From: Desulfotalea psychrophila LSv54
Lineage (GTDB): Bacteria; Desulfobacterota; Desulfobulbia; Desulfobulbales; Desulfocapsaceae
Assembly: GCF_000025945.1 (NCBI RefSeq)
Contig: NC_006138.1
Location: 900,001-932,000, forward strand
DNA length: 32,000 nucleotides
Reading direction: 5' to 3'
Position numbers and translations under genes: made by a program. Below, piece after piece: positions 1 through 7,919 of this stretch. The notes below the pieces were generated by a model that was given only the letters and a program-made list of their open reading frames with translations, made no database searches and was not told where the DNA came from. The number at the start of each line of letters is the position of its first letter. Position 1 is the first letter of the stretch.

Positions 1-168
1 CCACAGCTTTACATCAAAGATTTCTACAAATGTGACCCTGAGACCAAGCCACGTGTTATGAAGAATATTTGTAACGAATTAGTTCGTGAGCAACGTCTTA
101 TGTTCTGGTCTTCTGGATCAACCACCATGTACGGTGTACCAGAGAGAATTAAGAACGAAGAAGGCTGA
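1..168 (+). CDS. C-terminal fragment of an unidentified protein (...KDFYKCDPETKPRVMKNICNELVREQRLMFWSSGSTTMYGVPERIKNEEG*)
   Basis: Open frame from base 1 to TGA at 166-168, followed by a terminator-like hairpin. Confidence 0.6.
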   Translation, partial: PQLYIKDFYKCDPETKPRVMKNICNELVREQRLMFWSSGSTTMYGVPERIKNEEG

Positions 169-201
169 TAGACTCTTTTTGAGTTTGTTATGATTCAGGA
201 A

Positions 202-239
202 GGGCCCATGGAGAGTTATCTCTATGGGCCCTTTTTTTA
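202..239 (+). terminator. Rho-independent terminator of the upstream gene
   Basis: gggcccat...agagttatctct..atgggccc followed by a T7 run. Confidence 0.85.
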
Positions 240-251
240 TGGAAGGGAAAA

Positions 252-1004
252 ATGTCTCAGATTATTAGAATAGCAGAAACTGCTTCGACCAATATTCTTG
301 CCAAGGAGTATGCCCGGGCCGGGGCAGACCATGGCTCTGCCATTATTGCTGAAAACCAAACGGCAGGGCGGGGGCGTTTAGGTAAGCAGTGGCAGTCTAT
401 TAGGGGAACAGGACTCTACTGTTCCATTATTATCCGACCACAACAGCTACCGCGTACAGAGTACCATAAACTTACCCTGGTAACAGGGCTTGCTGTGGCC
501 CTCTCTCTGGAGTTTCTCACGGCAAAATCCTTCCAGCTGAAGTGGCCCAATGATGTCTACTATAAAGGGGTGGGGAAGTGTGCAGGAATACTCTGTGAAT
601 CTGTCCTTGGAACTAATCCTCGCTCAGATTATCTGATTGCGGGTATTGGCATTAATGTGAATACCCGGCAAGAGGAGTTTGATGCTGAAGTTGCAGGTCG
701 GGCAGGATCCTTATTTTCGATCACAGGAGAGGAACTCTGCATAGACCATGTTTTCAACTCTGTTTATGAGCAGATTTTGGCCCAGGTCGACGAGTTTTTT
801 AGCGGAAATTTTTCCTCTATTCTATCGCAATGGCGACAGAGGGATATGCTGGCGGGGAGAAAATCCTGCTGGCTGACCATGGCGGGAGAAAGCGTTGAGG
901 GCATTGCAGAGGGGGTAAGTAGTAGTGGCCAACTTTATATAAGAGATGCGAGTGGAGAGCGACATGAGGTGCTCTCTGGTGATGTACAGCTTGTCAGAGC
1001 GTAA
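252..1004 (+). CDS. birA: Biotin--[acetyl-CoA-carboxylase] ligase
   Basis: BirA motifs: ENQTAGRGRLGKQW, LKWPNDVYY, GILCE, GIGINVN. Confidence 0.93.
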   Translation: MSQIIRIAETASTNILAKEYARAGADHGSAIIAENQTAGRGRLGKQWQSIRGTGLYCSIIIRPQQLPRTEYHKLTLVTGLAVALSLEFLTAKSFQLKWPNDVYYKGVGKCAGILCESVLGTNPRSDYLIAGIGINVNTRQEEFDAEVAGRAGSLFSITGEELCIDHVFNSVYEQILAQVDEFFSGNFSSILSQWRQRDMLAGRKSCWLTMAGESVEGIAEGVSSSGQLYIRDASGERHEVLSGDVQLVRA

Positions 1005-1127
1005 TAGCTGTCCATCGAAATTGTATAGGGTTATGTCACTGTGTTCAACTCTTGCCGTGAGGGAGAGCACTAGCTCAATGCCTTGAGCCAGTGCCCTTAT
1101 AGCGGTCAGATTTCTAGGCTTGTCCTC

Positions 1128-2291
1128 CTAGAGTCCTGCAGCACTCTTTAACTCCTCTATCTTATCTGTACGTTCCCAAGGGAACTCTACATCACTACGT
1201 CCAAAGTGGCCGTAGGCTGCTGTCTGGCGATAAATTGGGCGGAGTAGGTCAAGTTGCTGAACGATGGCCTTGGGACGAAGATCGAAGTTTCCTAGAATAA
1301 GCTCTTTAATTGCCGCATCAGAGATTCTTCCTGTGCCAAAGCTATTGACGTTGATGGAAACAGGCTGGGCTATACCAATGGCGTAGGCAACCTGTATCTG
1401 AAGTTCGCTGGCAATACCAGCTGCCACCAGGTTTTTGGCGACATAGCGACCATAGTATGCAGATGATCTATCAACCTTGGATGGATCCTTTCCTGAGAAG
1501 GCACCACCACCGTGCAGGGCCTTGCCTCCGTAGGTATCGACGATAATCTTACGACCGGTAAGGCCGCAGTCACCAACCGGGCCTCCAATAACAAAACGGC
1601 CCGTGGGGTTAATGAAGAACTTGGTGTTGGCGTCAATCATATCAGCGGGCAGGGTCGGCTTGATAATCTCCTCCATTACCGCCTCTTTCAGATCGTTGTA
1701 ACTGATAGATTCATCGTGCTGGGTAGAGAGGACAACAGCGTCAATTCTTTTGGGTATCTTGTTCTCATACTCAATGGTTACCTGGCTCTTGGCATCGGGT
1801 CTGAGCCAGGGGAGAATGCTGCTTTTGCGTACCTGAGCCTGTCTACGGGTAAGTCTGTGGGCCAGGGTAATGGGCATGGGCATGAGGACATCGGTTTCAT
1901 TGCTGGCATAACCAAACATCAAGCCCTGATCGCCTGCTCCCTGATCAAGGTCAATACCTGCACCCTCATTAACGCCTTGGGCGATATCGGGTGACTGCTT
2001 GTCAATAGTGGTCATGACAGCGCATGATTGCCAGTCGAAGCCCATCTCCGATGAGTTGTAGCCAATCTCTTTAATAGTGTTGCGTACTACCTCGGGCATA
2101 TCAACCCAGGCTGAGGTGGTAATTTCACCGGCGATAAGTGCCATACCGGTGGTAACGAGGGTCTCGCAGGCAACTCGTGCCTGTGGATCTTGCTCTAAAA
2201 TAGCATCAAGAATAGCATCGGAAATTTGATCGGCCACCTTGTCAGGATGGCCTTCTGATACAGATTCTGATGTAAACAGGTAATTTGACAT
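1128..2291 (-). CDS. metK: S-adenosylmethionine synthase
   Basis: [30 protein letters not shown] and [23 protein letters not shown]. Minus strand verified by reverse-complementing both ends. The likely ATG is at 2291, preceded by AAGGAG, rather than at 2324. Confidence 0.97.
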   Translation of the reverse strand: MSNYLFTSESVSEGHPDKVADQISDAILDAILEQDPQARVACETLVTTGMALIAGEITTSAWVDMPEVVRNTIKEIGYNSSEMGFDWQSCAVMTTIDKQSPDIAQGVNEGAGIDLDQGAGDQGLMFGYASNETDVLMPMPITLAHRLTRRQAQVRKSSILPWLRPDAKSQVTIEYENKIPKRIDAVVLSTQHDESISYNDLKEAVMEEIIKPTLPADMIDANTKFFINPTGRFVIGGPVGDCGLTGRKIIVDTYGGKALHGGGAFSGKDPSKVDRSSAYYGRYVAKNLVAAGIASELQIQVAYAIGIAQPVSINVNSFGTGRISDAAIKELILGNFDLRPKAIVQQLDLLRPIYRQTAAYGHFGRSDVEFPWERTDKIEELKSAAGL

Positions 2292-2532
2292 AAAAAGTCT
2301 CCTTTTGTTACATATGTAAAGCATCTATTGCTTCTTGAAATAGTCGTACAGAAAATACCCACTATACATAATGGCGCAAGGTTTTTAGGATAATAAAAGG
2401 AGAAAAACGCAAAAACGATAATTAATGCGATATAAGATCCTCTGTGGTATCAATAAAGAGAGGTGTCCTGTTATGAAGAGATGGAGTGTGGATATCTATA
2501 GTGATTGAAATGATTTTTTCTTGGTGAAACAT

Positions 2533-3504
2533 ATGTCTATAGAAGCAGCGAAAAAGGTATTGGAAATAGAGGAACAGGGGCTTGCTGCCGTTCGTGAAAA
2601 TATTGGTGAAGAGTTTCTTGCCGCCGTTGAGGCTATTGTTAACTGCCCCACTCGGCTGGTAATCACGGGGATTGGTAAATCAGGTATTGTCGGTCAGAAA
2701 ATATCGGCGACCCTTAACAGTATAGGTACAAGTTCTTTTTTTCTTCATCCCGTTGAGGCCCTGCATGGCGACCTGGGGATGGTGATGGCAACGGATGTCG
2801 TTTTGGCAATCTCCTATTCAGGTGAAACGGCTGAGCTTAATGGTCTACTCAGAAGTTTAAAGGCTCGTGGCAACACTATTATTGGTATGACGGGAGGGGC
2901 AAAATCCACCTTGGCCATGGCATCGGATATTTTTCTTAATATACGAATTCCTGCCGAGGCCTGTCCACTTGGGCTTGCCCCCACCACATCGACCACCGCA
3001 ACCATGGCCTTAGGAGATGCCCTAGGCGTTGTTTTGCTTAATCGTAAGCAGTTTAAGGCTGAGGATTTTAGATTCAATCACCCCGGTGGTTCCCTGGGCG
3101 AGCGTCTTAAGGTGAAGGTTGCTGAGGTGATGATTACCGGTAGTGATATGCCCATGGTGGCGCCTGACCAAGATGCCATTGCTGCCCTAGCGGAGCTGAA
3201 CAGTAAAAATGTTGGAGCTGTTCTGGTGGTAGCTGATACAGGAATGCTCGCAGGAATTATTACCGATGGCGATGTTCGCCGTTATGTCCTCGATGCAGAG
3301 GCCCTGGAGGGGCTGTGTGCCGCGGATCTGATGACTAAGCATCCACTTACCATTGGTGACGGGGTGCTTGCTGCTGATGCTCTGAGCATAATGCAACAGC
3401 ATGAAGTGACTGTTCTTCCCGTGGTTAGCGAGGAGATGCGGTTAGTTGGTCTTCTCAATCTGCATAAGCTACTTGGCAAGGGTGAGTTCCGCTTTTTGAT
3501 TTAA
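2533..3504 (+). CDS. kdsD: Arabinose-5-phosphate isomerase (KdsD/KpsF family, SIS + tandem CBS domains)
   Basis: SIS-domain motifs GIGKSGIVGQKISATLNSIG and HGDLGM, SYSGET, and C-terminal CBS repeats. ORF extends to a TTG at 2521; ATG at 2533 is likelier. Confidence 0.93.
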   Translation: MSIEAAKKVLEIEEQGLAAVRENIGEEFLAAVEAIVNCPTRLVITGIGKSGIVGQKISATLNSIGTSSFFLHPVEALHGDLGMVMATDVVLAISYSGETAELNGLLRSLKARGNTIIGMTGGAKSTLAMASDIFLNIRIPAEACPLGLAPTTSTTATMALGDALGVVLLNRKQFKAEDFRFNHPGGSLGERLKVKVAEVMITGSDMPMVAPDQDAIAALAELNSKNVGAVLVVADTGMLAGIITDGDVRRYVLDAEALEGLCAADLMTKHPLTIGDGVLAADALSIMQQHEVTVLPVVSEEMRLVGLLNLHKLLGKGEFRFLI

Positions 3505-3529
3505 GGGTAGGTCAGAGTATCCAGAGGTT

Positions 3530-5866
3530 CTAGTCGGCCTCTGGGCGAGGAGCAAATTGCCACTGATCTGTGGCTTTGTTGTATGCATAGTACATGACAA
3601 GGGTTAGTGGGCGATTCTGTGAAGTATCTGTTGCCTCCATTCTGTAAATGAGTTTTCCTGCTTCATCCTTAATAAATAGGATCTTGGGGGCCAGTAGCGT
3701 CTCTGGGGTAGCTGCGGGGTAATTTTCCAGGAAAATATCTATTTGCTGCCTCTGCAGAGCCACTCTTTTTTCTTCCACAAATTGTTCATTCTTTAGCATC
3801 TTCAGGTCTGAACTCATCTCCTCTTGTATTTGAATAAAGGCGGTCTCCTCGGCAAAGGCGCTTTGCTTGATAGTCTTGGCAATGTGTTGGTATGTTTTTA
3901 TTGCCTGGGCAAAGAGTTTAGCCTCTTTGTAGTTTTCACCGACCTGTTGATTTTGGATGATCTCTGTTTGCAGTATAATTCTTTTCAGTTTTTTGCTGCT
4001 CATGGCACTGTCTTCTTCTGGATCCGAGAGACCTTTGCCTTCAAGATTGGTTATAGCCCTCTTGTAGGCGGCAATGGCCTGCTCCCACTCTCCATTGGTA
4101 AAGGCTTCATTTCCCTGAGCAATCATTATGTAGAGTGCTATTTTACTGATTTTGTTTTCTGTTTCTGCTGCGGAGTTCTGCTTGGCCAGGGGATTGTCTT
4201 TTATTTTTTCCAAGGCATCGCGGTAGATCGGGAGGGCCTGGGCCCAGCTTGCAGTTTTGTAGAGTTTCTCCCCCTTCTCCGTGAGTTGCTGAAAGGCGCA
4301 TTCTTTGAGGCTAAACCTTATATCCTGCAAGGCGTGCTCAATTGCTGATCCAACTAATGTCTGGGCTTTCTTCTGGGCAGTTTGCAGCAGGGGTTCAGCC
4401 GATTTACAGCCATTTCTCTTATATTCAGTCAGGGCCCTCTCATGGGCCTGGTAAAAGCTTATCTCTGCTTTTGTCTGAAGCAGAATTTTTTTTTCTTTAT
4501 CCGTTTTGGCAATTGATCTTGCTTGGCGTAATCCTGCATTTGTTTTGGGCCAATCCCTGTTTGTTATGGCCGTTTGTACCTGAGCTATGACGGTACTAAA
4601 GGTAATAATTTTTTCCTGAGATTTTTTGTCTTGCCCTTTTTTATTAGAGAGATTAGCAGTTAGTCCTTGCCTGATCTGGGCAGAGAGGAGTATCTCTTTG
4701 CTCTTGGCCTCTATGCTAGAGAGCTTTTTACCGTAGAAAAGGGAAGAGGCTGAACTTTTTACCTGGGCACTTTCACAGAGAGCCTGTGCTGTTCTAAACT
4801 CTTTTCGTTCAAGGGCCGTTATGCACTGTTGATAGAGTCCTGTTGCCGATGTGGCTCTCCCCGTATCCTTAAAAAATTGTAAGGCGATGATTGCTGAGAT
4901 AATCGCGAAGAGGATAAGGGTGGGCAGAGGCGATATTCTGCCAAGGATATTTTGTTTTTTACTCTCTTTTGTTGGCAGGGGATTCTTCGCCTTTTTTCCT
5001 TCAAGAATAATTGCCTGTTCGAGACGCTTAATATTATCCTTAACATCGTAAAGATCAGAGACTTCTTCAAGGGCTTGGCGATACTTATCCAAGGCGCTCT
5101 GCGTTTCGCCATTTTCTTCATGGAGGCGGGCCTCTTTCTGCTTTTTCTGGGCGACGAGAAGAGCCTTGTCAGCTCTCTGTTGAAATGAACGACGTTCATT
5201 AAAGGTTGATTCGGTGGGAATTGCCTGTAGTTCTCTGTTGAGTTGGTTGAATCGTTTTTGGGCCAGGTATTCTTGGAGGAGAGAGAGATTATATCCCCTC
5301 TCTTTATCTGGAGTTGTGGCCTGCCCCTCGTCTGTGGGGCTTGATTCCAGAGAGATGGCGTCAAAGTTTATTGAAAAGTCGTCCTCTCTTACCTCTGGAA
5401 GGCTCGGGGCTATGGCTGTTTGCGCTAGCTCTGCCAGGGGAAAGTTGTCGGCGTGAGCAGCATACCATTGAGCCGCTCTTTCATTGAAGGCATTTTCTTT
5501 TGAGTAGACCTCACCTGTTATCATCCGAGATATAAATTCAACCAGTTCGGCACATGTTGTTTTGTCGGTCCAAAAATTGCCAAGACAAATTGCCCCAGGA
5601 TCAAAATCTGGGTGGAAGGTTGGGGTCAGTGGTTTGCAGTTGGGTGGGAAAAGTGGGAAACCAAAGGGGATTGAGAGTAATATGGCATGATGTTGCGATA
5701 GGCTGATTTTCTCTTTATCCTCAATGAGTCCTGTCAGTTGATAGCTGACCTCTGCCTCCTTGCCGTTTGTAGGGCTGTGAGGGGTAACCGTGATAAATTG
5801 ATGATCTGTAAAATAGGCGATCAGCTCTTTAATTGTCTCATCCTCTTGTGGCCTTGCAACTGACAT
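3530..5866 (-). CDS. E2/UBC-fold-like N-terminal domain fused to coiled-coil, TM helix and repeat-rich (TPR-like) C-terminal region; 778 aa
   Basis: Minus strand verified (atgtcagttgcaaggccacaagaggat at the 5' end). N-terminus carries IPFGFPLFPPNCKPLTPTFHPDFDPGAICLGNFWTDKTTCAELVEFISRMI, resembling the E2 P-x-x-P-P...HP...G.ICL...W core. TM segment PLPTLILFAIISAIIALQFF. Confidence 0.85.
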   Translation of the reverse strand: MSVARPQEDETIKELIAYFTDHQFITVTPHSPTNGKEAEVSYQLTGLIEDKEKISLSQHHAILLSIPFGFPLFPPNCKPLTPTFHPDFDPGAICLGNFWTDKTTCAELVEFISRMITGEVYSKENAFNERAAQWYAAHADNFPLAELAQTAIAPSLPEVREDDFSINFDAISLESSPTDEGQATTPDKERGYNLSLLQEYLAQKRFNQLNRELQAIPTESTFNERRSFQQRADKALLVAQKKQKEARLHEENGETQSALDKYRQALEEVSDLYDVKDNIKRLEQAIILEGKKAKNPLPTKESKKQNILGRISPLPTLILFAIISAIIALQFFKDTGRATSATGLYQQCITALERKEFRTAQALCESAQVKSSASSLFYGKKLSSIEAKSKEILLSAQIRQGLTANLSNKKGQDKKSQEKIITFSTVIAQVQTAITNRDWPKTNAGLRQARSIAKTDKEKKILLQTKAEISFYQAHERALTEYKRNGCKSAEPLLQTAQKKAQTLVGSAIEHALQDIRFSLKECAFQQLTEKGEKLYKTASWAQALPIYRDALEKIKDNPLAKQNSAAETENKISKIALYIMIAQGNEAFTNGEWEQAIAAYKRAITNLEGKGLSDPEEDSAMSSKKLKRIILQTEIIQNQQVGENYKEAKLFAQAIKTYQHIAKTIKQSAFAEETAFIQIQEEMSSDLKMLKNEQFVEEKRVALQRQQIDIFLENYPAATPETLLAPKILFIKDEAGKLIYRMEATDTSQNRPLTLVMYYAYNKATDQWQFAPRPEAD

Positions 5867-6021
5867 AATTACCCGATAATGTAAAATTTTTACGTGTTTA
5901 GCATAGCTATATTGGTTGCTATAATAAATACTATCAGTAAATGCAATTTTACTATTGTTCTATTTTAATAGAGGTGCTGAGGCAGGGTCTCTCTCTCTTC
6001 TACCTCGTCCCAGTGAGAATT

Positions 6022-7107
6022 ATGCTTAAAAAACCACTTTTCTTTCGAATAATTGAGCAAAAAAATTGTCCCATCTATGCAAAAGGGGAGCAATTTTTCT
6101 TATCAGAAAAGAGTTTTTCTTCTCCTGCCGGGAAAGATGCATGTTTAATTTTAGTTCGAAATCTGATAGAGCTCTTGTTTCAGCTCAGGGGGCAGTCTCG
6201 TTCTGAAACAGAGGGTCTTGTCTTTAATTGTAGCGGTTGTGTTGGCTTAATAAAATATAAAATTATTGAGTGCAGGGAAAAAAGAGACGTAGATCTTGTT
6301 CCGCTAGGTGTGAGTCTGGAACGGATCATTGAAGGTGCCTATGGGTTTGATATAAATAGTCCCTTTCTCCGTGCCCTCTCTGTAGATGGCCTTGATGGCA
6401 TTTTAGAGAAGTTTAAATTTGTTGAGCTTTGTTCTGGAGCGGTGCTTATGCAAAAGGGAAAGCGCAACTCCTCTCTCTATCTCCTGCTTGAGGGAGAGCT
6501 TCTTGTGGAAGATGGAGGTTTTATCCTGGGACGATTTTCCGCAGGAGATATTTGTGGTGAGATGAGTTATTTGGGAGCAGACCTTGCCGTCTCAACTATA
6601 CGGTCTAGTCGGGCAAGTAGATTACTTGCCATAGGCAGTAGCGATTTTGCCGAGTTGGTTTTTGCTAAGCCTGCAGTGCAGTTATTTATGGCAAAACTTA
6701 TGGCCCAGAGATTAGCCCGCAGTAATGCGGAGCGATCCCGTGATTTGCAGTCCTGCATGTCCGGGCGTCTTGATACGATTGCTGCCGCGGAACTATTGCA
6801 AATTTTCCATATGAATCAAAAAACGGGCATGCTCTTTCTGGCCCTGCGCGGAGGGCAGGCAAGTGTTTTTTTTCTTGAGGGGAGTGTAGTGCGCGCCCTC
6901 TATAAGGGCTTGGTTGGAAAAGAGGCCTTCTTTGCAATTTTAGTTGAAAAAAAAGGACGTTATCGATTCACCACAGGGCTTAGTCAGGAGGATATGAAAT
7001 CACCGGTAATCGGTGATTTCATGTCGATTTTGCTGGAGGGCATTCAACAGGTCGATGAGGCAGAACCTCAGGGGTCTTGCAGTCGGGACTTAGCTGCGAT
7101 TTTTTGA
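6022..7107 (+). CDS. Cyclic-nucleotide-binding-domain protein with C-terminal DUF4388/PATAN-like domain
   Basis: cNMP-type fold (ELCSGAVLMQKGKRNSSLYLLLEGELLVEDGGFILGRFSAGDICGEMSYLG) followed by SGRLDTIAAAELLQIFHMNQKTGMLFLALRGGQASVFFLEGSVVRALYKGLVGKEAFFAIL. Track ORF begins at 5941; ATG at 6022 is likely the start. Confidence 0.8.
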   Translation: MLKKPLFFRIIEQKNCPIYAKGEQFFLSEKSFSSPAGKDACLILVRNLIELLFQLRGQSRSETEGLVFNCSGCVGLIKYKIIECREKRDVDLVPLGVSLERIIEGAYGFDINSPFLRALSVDGLDGILEKFKFVELCSGAVLMQKGKRNSSLYLLLEGELLVEDGGFILGRFSAGDICGEMSYLGADLAVSTIRSSRASRLLAIGSSDFAELVFAKPAVQLFMAKLMAQRLARSNAERSRDLQSCMSGRLDTIAAAELLQIFHMNQKTGMLFLALRGGQASVFFLEGSVVRALYKGLVGKEAFFAILVEKKGRYRFTTGLSQEDMKSPVIGDFMSILLEGIQQVDEAEPQGSCSRDLAAIF

Positions 7108-7132
7108 AAAGCCCTGTTCATCAGGCCGCTCT

Positions 7133-7756
7133 CTACTCTTTGAATGGGGCCAATTCTAAGATATCCAAGAAGTTATCCACGTGAAAATTCGCATTGAGAT
7201 CCTTGTTTCTAAAGGCAATAAGAGGAACTCCGGCACTGGCAGCCTGTTGCTCATCCATAGTTGTATCTCCAATATGAATAGCCTCCTCAGGCTTACACCC
7301 AAAATGTTCTAATATTTCCAACATGCCATCGGCAGCAGGTTTGGGCCGTTTTGAGTTAACAGCTGTCATGACCTTGCCAAAATATTTTTTCAGCCCGTAG
7401 CTCTCTAACAGGGTCTCCATTGTTTCACTTCTATTGGTCGATATGGCTAGGTGAAAACGGTCTTTGATTGTCTCCAGGAAAACCGGTAGGTCTTTTTCCA
7501 TGTTCATATGACGGAGGAAGGAGCTGTAGTCGGTGTTTGCCCGTAGTCCTTCTATCTCTTGCATTGACTGCTCTGGATAGTTGCGAAAGATGTGTTTGAG
7601 GGCGTTTGTCACATTTGCGGCATGGACATAGTTAAGCTCGTCCTCATCCATGGGGGGGTGGCCAAGTTGGTCGAGGAGATAATTATAGTAGCTTTTGTTG
7701 AGATTTTTGGAGTCGAACATCACTCCGTCGCAGTCAAAGATAACAAGCTTGAGCAT
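7133..7756 (-). CDS. HAD-superfamily hydrolase (phosphoglycolate phosphatase-like)
   Basis: LVIFDCDGVMFDS, STNRS, KPAADG, HIGDTTMDEQQAASAG motifs. Confidence 0.9.
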   Translation of the reverse strand: MLKLVIFDCDGVMFDSKNLNKSYYNYLLDQLGHPPMDEDELNYVHAANVTNALKHIFRNYPEQSMQEIEGLRANTDYSSFLRHMNMEKDLPVFLETIKDRFHLAISTNRSETMETLLESYGLKKYFGKVMTAVNSKRPKPAADGMLEILEHFGCKPEEAIHIGDTTMDEQQAASAGVPLIAFRNKDLNANFHVDNFLDILELAPFKE

Positions 7757-7866
7757 GGGCTATCACCGGGGTATTGATTTATGCGTTGAGTTAGGGGATG
7801 GGTTGTAATCCGTGGAGGCTTTTCTGCTAGCAACTGGGTAGGCAGGAAGCTGTGCTTATAAATATG

Positions 7867-7902
7867 GCCCCTCCTGCTAGGACTTCTGCTGGCAGGAGGG
7901 GC
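7867..7902. terminator. Strong hairpin downstream of secDF (possible terminator)
   Basis: Perfect 11-bp inverted repeat GCCCCTCCTGC/GCAGGAGGGGC with a 14-nt loop; only a weak T-rich tail on the minus strand. Confidence 0.5.
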
Positions 7903-7919
7903 ATTGTTAAAAGAGTAAC

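Noticed and set aside
1512-1994. 160-aa plus-strand ORF opposite metK
   Set aside because: metK on the minus strand is unambiguous; this is the complementary-strand shadow.
2292-2532. Possible SAM-type riboswitch in the metK leader
   Set aside because: I could not recognise conserved SAM-I/II/III core elements in the minus-strand leader. An Infernal search would be decisive.
4819-5364. 181-aa alternative-frame ORF within the E2-like gene
   Set aside because: Overlaps the continuous 778-aa frame, has irregular composition and no recognisable motif.
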